Assembly (NCBI GenBank): GCA_964304625.1
Contig: OZ199839.1
Span: forward strand, 1,314,221 to 1,378,220
From: Kudoa neothunni
Lineage: Eukaryota; Animalia; Cnidaria
Length of the DNA stretch: 64,000 bases
Reading direction: 5' to 3'
Shown here: piece after piece, positions 39,820-52,140 of the stretch
Numbering within the stretch: the stretch's first letter is position 1
How the letters are laid out: each line of letters begins with the position of its first letter
The notes under the pieces: generated by a model
Databases searched by the model: none
Seen by the model: only the letters and a program-made list of their open reading frames with translations
What the model was told of the DNA's origin: nothing
Position numbers and translations under genes: made by a program

Positions 39820-40725
39820 TTTTATTGAATTGGATGTTAATTTTTATATGGATGCTCACTGATTTCAGTCAATTTATCCGATCGTTGTGCAAATACACAA
39901 ATACCGATAATTTAATCGGGTGTTTATGCATCATTATTCATTAATATGTTAATATTATTTTCAATAAAAATGTTTATGATAAAAAAACTAAACTTTTATT
40001 TTTTTTAGTAGAGTTACGGCATCAATAATCATCTCGAAAAGATAATCAACGAAATATTGTAGATGTTAATCATTTTTTGTATTTTTATACAAAATTAACA
40101 ATAAAATTCTTTTTTCATAAATCATAATTACTCTTTTCGAAGATAACTTTCATGTTATGTTTATTAGTTTAATTCGATGAATCGAATAAACAAACTTCAA
40201 AATTAACACTTACCATAGAAAAGTAAACAAGGCAAAAAAGGTTACATAATCAAAAACGTACGACAGCTTCCCAAACTTAATGAATAAAATCTATTAATTT
40301 TTTCAGATGTCGGAATATATCGACGTTAGAATTCTGAAAAATGGGACTTGATGTGGGTGACATCAACAACTAGACGAGAATTTTCCATTGAGAAGCTTTA
40401 CACTCATCGATAATACTTCTATAAATAAGGCTTACTTTCGAAGTCAAAAATAATGATAATTTCTTTTAATGCATTATTTACTTTAATTAATGATCGGATT
40501 GATATTTTACGGTTTACATTTATTTTTAATGTTAGTTTGTATATAATTGTTATACATCAATAGTGAAAAATCTGAACAGTAATCATAAATAACTTTTGAA
40601 TTAATTACTAAGAAAGAAACAAACAAAATTATTCAATGTTTGTTAAAATAAGCGCATTAAAGTTAATGCGGATCCAAAAGATATTAATTTGAGCAATGAG
40701 AATTAATTTTCTTGTGTTTGCTTCA

Positions 40726-41140
40726 TCTCTATTACTCTCTCTATTTTTGTATCACCTAAAAAGTTAGTGATGTACACATTTTCTGAGTCGGTCCAGAATT
40801 CGACTTTAAAAATCCCCCGGGCCAAAAAATAGCGTATTATATTGCACTTTAAACAAGTTAAAACAATTTGGAAACGAAAATAAATTTGAGCAATGACCCT
40901 AAATTATTAACGTTGGTTGGGGGACAAGAAATTGTTAATTAAAAACCAGGATTAATACATTCCTGCTCAGAAATGATTATGATTTAAATTTCAAAATCAT
41001 TATCGACTAAGTATGATGCTTTAAAAAGTTAGTTTGACCGCTTTTATAAAGCAATTTGAATCAAAATATTTTTTTGAAAGTTAGAAAAAAACATCTCTAC
41101 GCCGAATCTTCCCCAAGTAAAACTGGGCAGTTCGCGCTAA
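40726..41140 (+). mobile_element. Helitron fragment related to 33719-34848
   Basis: 3' end TCTTCCCCAAGTAAAACTGGGCAGTTCGCGCTAA|T matches the other copy; the 5' boundary is tentative. Confidence 0.5.
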
Positions 41141-41732
41141 TATATTTGTTTTACCGTGCTAAATTAACTAGTTATCCACGTAACGGATTTCAAAACATAA
41201 TTTGAGAAAGTTAATATTTTATTAACCAATAATACAAATACAATCAGTTAGGTTCCCTTATTTGATAAAATCAGTAAACCTTAGAGAAATAAAAAAAATT
41301 TTTTAATGACTAAAAATTTTGGCGTAATCTCATTAGAATACAACAAGTGTGTAAAACTATTGAAATTTAAAATGTGGACATGCGTATAAAATTGTTTCAA
41401 GGTTACATAAATCATCTTCACTCCTCCACAAATACTGTCAGGAAAGTTATTTCTTTACGAAAACAATGCTATCCACCCTATTAACGTTAATCTTAACATT
41501 TTACGCACGTGCGACGGATTTTTAACCCTTCCAACCTACTATTTACAGACTTGCAGCTTACTTTTAAACATGCATAGATTATCGTTTCACAACCACAATA
41601 AGACTTATAGTCATCAGAAATAATTAATTATGATCATAACACTTCAGAAGTTAAATTAAAAACAGTCACTTGAGAATGATCTGAATTTAGCGTAACGGAT
41701 ATTAAAATTAAATAATATTTATTGATGTGTAT

Positions 41733-44700
41733 CAGACAATGCCCGTTCGTGTGTTCGTTCGTGTCATGAGCGAACGAAGTTTTCTTCATAATTATAAACA
41801 CGAATGAACTTTTCTGATTTTTAAACTTTTGACACGAAACACGAACGAAACCATTCGTGCGTTTCGTGTGCGAGGATGGTGATGAAGTATGTGGTGTAGC
41901 GGACGAGGGTCGAACACACATGTAATCTCCATATTTTTTCAACAAACACTGAATTTTTTCGTTTCTTTCTTAGTTATTAATGAGAAAGTTATTTATTATT
42001 ACTATTTTGATTTTTACTATTGTTATATAACGATTTTATATGGACTAACTTTAAATATTAACTTATTGCGTGTCTCACAAAAAGATCTCATTTTTCACTA
42101 TAATGAAAATACTTTTCGAATTTAAAAAATAGATCTTGATGTCGTACGATTTTTTTTAGTTTATAATTTTTTAAAATGACAATAGAAAACTGTTTTACAT
42201 TGCAGTATTTGTATTATATTGAAAAAAAAAATATTAAGCTATATTTTAATTATTTTGTAAGTTTTTGTGTATGTCAAAATTTGTAACAACAAATTCGGGC
42301 CAATGTACGAATTGAGAATATTACTAAGTGTAAACCCAATATTTTAACTAAGGTTATTATTTTGATCTATACATATAATTAACTAAAACTAATGAATGTA
42401 TAGAAAACAATTTTTTGATTTCTAATAACAACATTTTTAATTTTATCGAATGTTATACTAAACACACGTAAAAATTCCTCTAATAAAGTAATAACTTCAT
42501 ATAATCAACCTTTAATTGTTTACCTATTGAAATTAAATGTTTATCTAAAATATACTATTTATTTATTTTTAAAAACTCATCAGTACTAAGAATATTAAGA
42601 AAATGCATTTTGAGAGTACGTAGTTGTCCTCGTTTTTGAACTATTCGTAATTAAAAACTAATAAAAACATGTATAAATAAATCTGATATTGTATAATTTA
42701 TGTTTATATGCTAAAAAATATGAAGAATAACCAACTTATGAGTGATTATCAAAACGAATTAGACAACAATTCAATGTTTGTTGAAAAAAAGATATTCGAA
42801 TAACATGCACAAGCGGGCGTTTTTTAGGTGGCGCATACTTTACCATTACCAAAAAGAATCTTAGATATGAAATTACCATTAAATTTTAAGCGAAGAAAAT
42901 ATGAGGCATTGAATGTAAGAAATTACGATCTTTACCTTGATTTACTGGAATTTTTGAGATATGTTACCTCATGTCACAATTTCATATTTTATTACCAAAT
43001 ACAAATTTGATATCAGTTTTTTTTAAAAGATAATCAAATTAATTTAGGAAACAGAACCTCGTTATATTAAGTTCCGCTATAGTCAAATCTGCCTAAAACA
43101 TTTTTTAGAATGATAAAAATACTTTCAAACCCTAATTTTATAAGTCTAATAGTTAGAAGTGGCTAAGTTAGGTCTGTTCAGTTTTCTTTTGAGATAATGC
43201 AAAATAAAACATAATAAAGAGAAGGAGTGAATTAAATTCACTCCAGAAGTGTCTTATTTTTAATATTATTAGTATAAACTACTAATTTTCTTAATGTGTT
43301 CGGTTCAAGTCTATATCTAGACTTGGATAAAATTTTTCCAGCGTATGAAAACGCCCGTTCTGACATTGAGCTGGATGCTGGTCGGCTGTACACGTTAGTT
43401 GCAATTGTTTTAAAGATTTTCATTCTTGGAGTTTTCCCAATAAACGAGCGGATCTTCGTAACTTGGTTGACTTTTTCTCGGATTTACAGTTGAATTTCTG
43501 ATTGAAAATCTTCTGAGTCACTATCCAGTTTCATAACATATTGAGTGGGTTTTCAGAAGTTCCGAGCTCTTTGGGATTAATTCTAATTTTTTTAAAATAT
43601 TTGTTACAAGAAAAGATTTACCATCAAATTTGTTTTTTTTATATGGGTAATTTGGTTCAGCCATGCCAGACAAAAGCGACTCAACGTGATTTACCACAAA
43701 ATTTAATTCTTTATTTTGCAAAGACTTACACTCAATAAATTTGAATTTTTTAAAATTTGGATGGAGAAAAGCTGCGATTTTATGGTTGATATCAATACAT
43801 TGTGTGTATTTTTCGTCCAATAAACTTTCCAAATGCATACAATAATCGCCCATAAAAGTTTCACGTTGTTTTTGAATCATTGCTTTGATACGATGAAATA
43901 CAATAAACACCTAACGATAATATAAAAAACGAAACTTAAACGGATTACAAAATGTGACGATGGCCTTTTCACCTGCTCCAACTGATCAAAGAAATCGGAA
44001 AATATTTTGAAAAATTCAGCTATAACAACGCATTCTTTCTTGTCCAATCCGTCAAAGTATTTTTTAGCTGGATGATTTTTTAGCACATCCTCCAAACTAT
44101 CGAAACACGCCACTAACGTCCTATATCGATCGCTGAGGCCTCTCCATGGTCGCGTAGCTGAGCCCCATTGTATTTTCATTGGTAATTTTGACTGTAAATC
44201 CGCCGTTTTATGAACAGATCCGCACAGTTTGTCAACATTCACCCTTAGTATGGATAAATCGGATGTGCTGTTTGTACTAAGATCCCAAGCTACACATAAT
44301 AAAAAAATCGAAATTAGATATTATAGCGAAAGTAAAATTTATTTATAAACTCAGTGATAAAAAAGTGTAATCAATATATTAAAATACATAAATATAAACT
44401 ATTTAAATTTAGATTATAACAGTTTTATCTTGATTTTCCAAACAGAATTATGAGAGATCAAGATAGCATATCGTTAAGTATATCACTTTTACAATTATTT
44501 ACTCACCAAAATTTTAACATAAATTTAATACATAAAATACCTTGAGATATAATAGTGTGAAGGCGGTGAGCAGCACATCTGGTTGTGTTGAACTCTCTTA
44601 GACCAGATAGATTGTTTGCTGTGGAATCACAAACAATTCTTAGATCAGATTTGCTAAGTGAAAATTTAATACAAAATTCCGTGCAGATTTTATTTATATT

Positions 44701-45457
44701 TTCGGCAGTGTGTTTTACAGGAAAATAGATCATGTTCGTATTGGAAATGTTGAAGGGTGAAATTTTTAACAAACAACACTGATATATCAATGAATGAGTT
44801 GATTTTAGCATTATCAGTCCAAATATCAATGGTTAGGCACATACTATTGTGACTTATTGTTGTAATTAATTTTTCCATTTTTAAATACATGCACTCATAC
44901 TCATTCATGATTATTTTTTTAACACATTTTTTGGATAAAATCTTAAGTCTAGCACTAGGTTCATTGAACTTTTTGCCTAAGTTAAATGCGAAGTTTATCA
45001 TCTCCGTAAACGAAGCACTTTCTGTTATTGTAAACGGGGAGATCGTTTCAGCTACAAAATTAGCAATTTTAGTGTCAAACATTACCTGATCTGATAGGCT
45101 TAAATTAACAATGGAGGGAGGTGAAACAAATAATTCATTAATTTTTATATTTGTTTTAGCATGTAACTTATTATGACTAATAAGCTTCCTATTCCCGTAA
45201 GACGACTTATGCGGGAATGCTTTGTTGCACTTTGTTGCAAACAATAAAATCAATTTGGGATGTTTCATCCCCGTTTTTAGTAAAGATGGAACAGAAATTG
45301 TCCCATTCTTTAGAATGCGTTGTAGATTTTTTCCAAGAGAAAAGTCTGCTAGTTTTCAAAGCCCTCTTCAACACTTTCCACACTCCAGCCTGACATAGTG
45401 TAACCAAAAGAGGACACGAACGAACGAAATTTTGCACGAACGAACGGGCATTGTCTG
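41733..45457 (-). mobile_element. hAT (Ac/Hermes-like) transposon
   Basis: 18-bp perfect TIR CAGACAATGCCCGTTCGT. Perfect 8-bp TSD ATGTGTAT (41725-41732, 45458-45465). Subterminal (C)ACGAA repeats at both ends. Confidence 0.95.
43238..45396 (-). pseudogene. hAT transposase, disrupted: BED finger, DDE core, hATC dimerisation domain
   Basis: W..F...CNKC...H...H; LTIDIWTD; VCDSTAN; RCAAHRLH; TRPW; AAFLHPNFK; PASSSMSERAFS. Contains introns, frameshifts and at least one stop. Confidence 0.88.
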
Positions 45458-45755
45458 ATGTGTATACACGACAATAACCGTTAAATGTCGGAAAAACTAT
45501 GATCCTAAGGGAGGAGAGTAATGAAATTATTGCAAATGAGTAGAGTTAGCTGTTAAATCTAATAGAAAGGAAAAATACGCTACTCACTTTAAAAAATTGC
45601 ATATTCAAATTTCAAATACAACAAGATAACAAAATTAAGAATAAATCGGTGAAAAAGCCTAATCACACGATCACAAAGAAAGCAACCAACAATCATGAAC
45701 AAATAAGTGAAAACAATGAAATTTTCTACGGTACTCTAGCGCGAGGGAGTGACGT

Positions 45756-48700
45756 TTATTGATGGTTTTTAATGATTCTATCAAAGTTGGATTTTTCACT
45801 CTCATCAAGAGAACTGAGAGACTGAGCAAGTTGTGTTGGGAAAATGCTCTAAATATGCAGAATTTAGAGAGGAACTGGGTAATAAGAAGATATATTTTAA
45901 GGCAGACCAAGATAATCTCACCCTGCAATTTAATGATAGTAGCAACAGCCTTTTTACAAACATTATCGTCAGGGCACTCCAAAAGCATGGCGACTATAGC
46001 ATGAAGTATTTTGGAGTTGTGTTGGTCGTTGTTGTTTTTGGAAGATGGCGTTAGCTTGAGTGTCGATAAGTTCGCAGAGATAGCCAAGACAAAAGTCCAC
46101 CTCATCATCCAACACGGGTAGCAATTGAAGCCAATTTTTCATTTCTTGAGTGGGATCGGAGAAAAGTTGAGGCACAAATCGAATGTAACGACCATAGGCA
46201 GCGATACAATTTGCGGTGGCTGCAATGTTATCAGGGTTGTTGGCGGCGGGATCACTAATGTGTTGCACCAGTAAAGGTACCGATTGCGAGTAGGTAGTTA
46301 TAACAGTTGGACACTTGACTTTGAGCAATGAGGCCAAATCCGAAAGCAGTAACTTGCCTCATGTCAGGATTTGTGGATGCAAGATAGTGAAGCATTTTCG
46401 GCATAAAATCCACATAAATGTTGGGTGCGGTTTGAGGAGCGAATTCCACAACATCATCAAAGATACAAAACGAAAATCGAATATACATATCGACTGCGTT
46501 TCTCATCAAGACAAACCAGAAGAGTTTTATACATAAGGTCGATGGCGGTTAGAAACGCTTGTTTGAATACGGAAAATAGGTCGTGAGTGCACGATTGTAA
46601 ACTTTGTAGAATATATATCATTGATGTACATTTGTTCCACTTCACACTCATCAAAATATCTCTTCATCCTCCTCATCTCCTTTGAGATGTTTGGCTTGTG
46701 AGAGTTCGTTATCGTATTGGATGAGTGATACAATTTTGGCGTTGAAAACCTCACCAAGGTATTTGATTTCGGCTACATTCATCGATTCGTTGCCGAGTAA
46801 GGTCACACATTTGGTGAAGTTTTCAAGAATATCTCCGAAAATCTCTTCATTGGGATCATCTTTGATGGACAACAACAGAACATTTTTGATGCTTGCATTC
46901 CATAGGTTCATGGCGTAAGCAAGGTTGCCATTGAGTATGAGGCAGTTCAACAGTGGTGGTATACAGTTGGTGAGATAGGTTCGAATACTGTCTCCGGCGT
47001 ATTTAGAGAAAAGCACCAACAAAATCTGCAAACAGGCTTCAACATACTGAGCAAAGTCGGATTTTAAATTTTCCGCCAAACTTGTTATAAGATCACAAAC
47101 CACGCACTTATCATTCATATAGTCATCGCTATAGATATTATCGGGATCATAGTTCGCCATCTGAGTTCAATGTATTTTGAATAATGGAAGAATTGCTGAC
47201 TCCATTGTTGGCATCGTAAGTGGAGAGGAAATTTAGCAGGGAAGGCACCAATTTGGGGAGTATAGAGGTGAGGCAATTCGGCCCGATGTCGGCTAATTTA
47301 GTGAGTAATGAATAATAGCTGAGTTGGATTTCTAGTTGATCAGGTGTTTTTTCGCTGAGGGTGCTGAACGATTCCACGTATTTGAGAATGGTTGGAATGT
47401 AGCGTTCGACAGCGCCTTCCGTCTCATAAGACGATACAACTCTGACCAAACAATCCAATATTTGGTTAATTATCACACTGTGGCTTGGCTCGAATGAAAT
47501 CTTATCGAGAATGCTGAACAGATTTTGAATAACACTGGGAGCGTAAGGCTCAAATTTGGCGCCAGTTCGATCACATATGTGTATCACGGCGTTGGTAACT
47601 GCTCTGGTCAACAAATTGATCCCGTCCACATTCATGTGATGGAATATGGATGAAGATATGTTGATCAAAAGTTGGCACATGGTTGGCGCGTACGATTCCA
47701 GCAATTCATCGTTACATCCGTCAATCACATTGACAAATGCGAAAACCGCTTGCGACTGCACCTTGATAAAATTATGACTTTCTGCCACTTTAAAAATGAG
47801 CGGGAACACTTGAGAGTGGAAATGGTTGTGAAAGTAACCGGGGTAGTCACTCGATAGCTGACCGATAGTGTTGATAGTTGAAAACACAATCTTGGGATTG
47901 TTACTAGCGAAGAAGGGCGAGATAATCTTGACAATCTGAGGCAGCATTGGTTTCATTTGTTTCCTGCAACCCTCGGCGATCGCTCCCAACGACACTAGTG
48001 CTGCATCTTGGAATTTCCAGTCTGGATTTTGTAAAAATTCTGTCACTTTTTGCAAGGCCAACGGTAAAACCGTTTCGCCTTTCAATGCGCAAGCAATTCT
48101 ATCTAACGAGGTTTCGCCAAAATAGGCACTCTCAGAGAGGTTGTCTTCGGCGCACTCATCATACTGGGTCAACCATTCGGCGAGTTGTTCCTCGTCAATC
48201 TCAGTAAGCATATTGTATGCATAATTAATGATTAGGGGGATATATTTGGGGCATGCTTTTTTAATTGCACCGGGCACTTTTTGAACGTAACTCACCAACG
48301 CTTCAAATATATCATACACCACAGTTTTTTCGACATTGGGAACATTCAACAGGCCAATCAATACTTCAACAACCTGTGCTACGTAATCTTTGAAAATTCG
48401 AGTATTGAATTCCAACAAGTTTGTCATAATGGGTCATGCATAATGATCCCTCCGGGGTAAGGATCAATGATTGTGTTGCAAGCAGAAGAAAAGGAACCAA
48501 TTGAGAAAAAACTTTAACCGAAGCTTTGTCACTATTCACTTCGGCTATCATTCCAAGGGATTCGATAGCCAGGACGCTTAACTATATAATAGAAAGTGAG
48601 TGTTTGTTTAAGGTGTACATTCATTAAAGCTATAACATTATTTCTTAACCAATTGTCTAATTTGAATATTTTAACTAACTAAACTAACCAAACTAACCAA

Positions 48701-51502
48701 ACTAATTATGGGGAATAAATGCGACGTTTAGCGGGAATTAATGTCACGCATGTAAATTTTTCAAAAGTTGTAAAATAATATTCATCTATCGCCATCTTAT
48801 ACGCGTAAAATAACAAACATTAATTAGCACGTTTAAATTAGAGCTGTAATGGGAGTATTTCATTTGAATAGAACAGCGGTGGTCAAACCGTGGCTTTTGG
48901 AAAAAATTTTTTTAAATTCACTAAAGTACAACGTTTAAACTGTTTAATCAAGTGAAGAAATTAAATCTTAAATCGTAAACCGGAAAATATTTTTGATTAG
49001 AAAACAGTTAAAAACTACCATATCGCCTTAATATTTGACGCAAACTAGAATTAGTACCGATTTCATTACGAAATACAATTAGAACTAGTGTTTATCCAAT
49101 ACCAAATATCGAAAGAATAAAACACACATTGAAGTTTTATAGATGATTCATAATTCCAACACGCCAAGGGAATGAATTTTGGAAATATATTCCAGAAAAT
49201 AAATATTCAAAATTACAAGAAATTTGTCTGAAAATTGTTCCAACAACTTATTTTTGTGAGTTTATTTATTCAACGACGGAGATTGTAAATTCGAAGCATC
49301 GCGGATCTCTCCCTCCCTCCCTCCCCCACAAACAAACAAACACCTGACTGGACTAATTCGTACAGCGTTAACGGCATCCGCCGACCCAGATTACCGTATC
49401 GTCAGCTCACAGATAATATGGAAACATAAAAAACTTGTAACATAAAAATTTCTAAACAATTCGAAAGCATTAAATTCCCGCGTCATTACTTTATTCATGA
49501 ATATTTAATTCTATGTTTTGTCAGACACCATGTATGACTAATTATAAAAAATATTTTATTATTATTATTACGACCATTTTCACACATAAAAAGTTTCTTG
49601 GGTTATTAATTACTAATTTACTATATAGGAAAAACCATCGCAAATTATACCAGTAATAATCATTTGTAAGTTTTCCAACCATTAACCGAATAAGAAAAAA
49701 ATAAAAATCCAACATTTGATCCTAATATTTACCAAAAATTTTTCGAGAATTAAAGTTTTAAATAAGGAAGAGATGCGTAAATGATTTTAACGCCTTGTGG
49801 CTCTCGAAACTTTGGGCAACCTTAAAGTTTGTTCCCGATCTGGGCAATTTTGGCAGTTTGGCCACCTCTGGAATAGAAAGATTTACATACTGATACTGAT
49901 ACTGATACTGATAATAATAATAATAAATGAGTAATATAAAATAAGGCAGCCCTCACTTTTGTTATACAGAAAAATGTGGATCATAAAGTCGATTTTAAAA
50001 AAGGGAGAAATAAACATAGATACAATGCTTATTTATGTTCAAATTATGCAAAAATTACAGCATGCGCAAAACTCTTAGAAATCTACAAACAACAAATAAT
50101 TTATCTCGATACTAGTCAAAAGCTTTACCAAATTAATCCTACTAATTGTACGATAATAAACAAATTCCAAGTGTTTGCGCACCAATTAATGGTTGCCATC
50201 GCTTGATAATTGCCCATTCATCCTAAGGCAACAAATTTTAAAAACAATCGATGAAAAACTACTAATAGAAAAATTAAATATTTTGGTCAAGATGATATAT
50301 TTTTTGGAAGATACATCATTCTGTAATTATAATGTATGTGTGCGCTAATATACGTGAGATTAGGGTAATTACAAAAAGCAAGAGAACGAATTAATTTTTA
50401 ACAATAGAAATTAACACCCAATCCATTGTTTTAGTTAAATCAAGTAATTCAATACCCACACCTAATCTCTTCCTTGTGTAGCTTTAAAGTATTAAATTGT
50501 TTTGTAACTAACATAACACAACAACGACAACAACTCAGAAATAAATAGATCTAGAAAATTATCAATAATGAAAGCTCCAAGAAAGAAACACAGAGATTGT
50601 GTAAGATTTTTGAAACTAAGAAATACGAGCCAATAATCTCAGGCTTTATTTATGCAATGACGTGCGCAAGACAAATTAATTCCCGCGGCTGTCGGATTGT
50701 TAAACTGTTAGCTCCACATAGTTAAAAGCTTGATTGACAAGAACACCAAAAATAACACCATACAGCAAAACATAAAAATTACCTTAGGGTGAGCTTGGAA
50801 ATTTTGAAGACTCTTCATCAGAAACTGCACATATCGCGGCATAATTTGTTTCATTTTCTCTCCAAACAACGTAGGGAAATATCTAAATCGAGGATTCCAA
50901 ATAACAACCTAGCACCATCACCACCAAAAAATCCAGCATACATAACAAGAGTGAGCGCAATTTCATGCATTCGAGGGTCATTAGAAGCAACACAGTTGAG
51001 AACAAAAGTTACACTTTCCTCCCATGTGTTGGCTCCATCCGAATAAAAAACCTCCATAAGACTAGACATCAGAGAGATGAGTTTTTTCCGATAGGAAGCA
51101 TTCTCTTCGCTGACCACCAACTGAGGAATACACTGCTTGGAAAATGCATATGTTTGTTCGGATACCTCGTTTCGGGAGATCGAGTTAACAAAAATCATTT
51201 TCAGTGTAACACATGCGATATTTTTCAACTATACAAGCCACATTTATCACAATTCACGTGCAGTAATCAACGTGGTAGTAGTTACGTCAAGAGAGGCTTG
51301 AGATGTGAGAACATGTAGCAACAGTTGGGCACGATTTTCCGTGGGAATTGAAGTTAGTTGACTCTAATCGTTTCGAGTTAAGTAGTTCACAGTCACATCA
51401 ACCGAATAATACCTCAGCTGTACGCCGAATGTTATTGTCATGATTCATAAGAGATGACAGCACTGTGCAAAATTGTTCAAAATGTTGAGAGTTGCTGTTC
51501 AT
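45756..51502 (-). CDS. IPO5: Importin-5 / karyopherin beta-3 (Kap121/Pse1 family), six exons, with eight +1 frameshifts in this sequence
   Basis: DNNIRRTAE, GETSLDRIACALKG, WKFQDAALVSLGAIAEGC, NTIGQLSSDY, CIFDDVVEF, RQVTAFGFGLIAQ, ATANCIAAYG and WLQLLP..D are hallmark importin-5 motifs. ATG 51502; stop 45756; large intron 48582-50782. Confidence 0.9.
48874..49870 (+). mobile_element. Internally deleted hAT (Buster/Charlie-type) element in IPO5 intron 4
   Basis: TIRs CAGCGGTGGTCAAAC / CAGAGGTGGCCAAAC; perfect 8-bp TSD GAATAGAA; residual TTYFCE..YS...SKHR transposase tail. Confidence 0.88.
49888..49927. repeat. (ACTGAT)4 followed by (AAT)n microsatellite
   Basis: Read directly from the sequence. 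Confidence 0.8.
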
Positions 51503-51836
51503 TTTGATGAATTTGATATTAGCGTTGAGTTGTATGGAGCGAAGATCCTTGAATTAGTAGCCAATCACAATGGGCAAAACGGCTATACAGGTACTATGCT
51601 AAGCCGAGTCGTCGTTAATTGATTCCCAATGTTCGGAAGATTACATTTTCACGAGGTAACCGTTGTCGATCACTCACGCCAACCTCATTGTATATTTAAT
51701 ATACAACAATTTGAATCACTATCATTTATTGCTAATTGACTGAATGAAGTTGGGTTAAAATCCGTTCACACCTACATATATAATGATTGGCTGAGATTAA
51801 AGGATTAGTAAGTTTGTGTTGTATATCCTGTGTCGA

Positions 51837-52140
51837 TGACGACATCCAATAAGCTGATTTATTACATTAGCTACCAACGTTAGATTTCATTATTAACAAA
51901 ACATTTTTGAACATAATTAATGCTGCGCTGATCACATACCACATTTGAGGTAATTTTATTATTGTTGACGTGTGAATTTTTGCGATTTATTCTATTTCTT
52001 TGTGACGTTAACTGTCAATATGACGCACCTTGATTATTATCGCTCATTATATGACGCGATAGTGCGGCGGTGAAATAGTTTACGATTGCGCGTGCGTACG
52101 GTGTCATCTCGTCATGGCGTCCACTGCTTGTTTTTTTTTT
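51837..52140. promoter_or_regulatory. CpG-enriched upstream region of IPO5 with clustered TGACG half-sites
   Basis: Six TGACG/CGTCA copies (~51837, 51966, 52003, 52021, 52051, 52110), 330-610 bp upstream of the ATG. Confidence 0.4.

Noticed and set aside
41745-41875. ACGAA repeats as a CRISPR-like or satellite array
   Set aside because: These are irregular short motifs mirrored at the other end of the hAT element, typical of subterminal transposase-binding sites.
47161-47200. A 40-nt GTCAG...CAG intron that would fix the second IPO5 frameshift
   Set aside because: All three paralogs have 44-45 residues across this loop, matching the unspliced length (45) and not the spliced length (32). Not fully excluded.
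17565-48207. Many short plus-strand ORFs overlapping the importin genes
   Set aside because: They are antisense shadows of the minus-strand coding exons, with no recognisable motifs.
45756-48430. Euplotes-style AAA-TAR programmed frameshift motif or micro-introns at the +1 sites
   Set aside because: There is no shared slippery-stop motif and no GT-AG pair at most sites.
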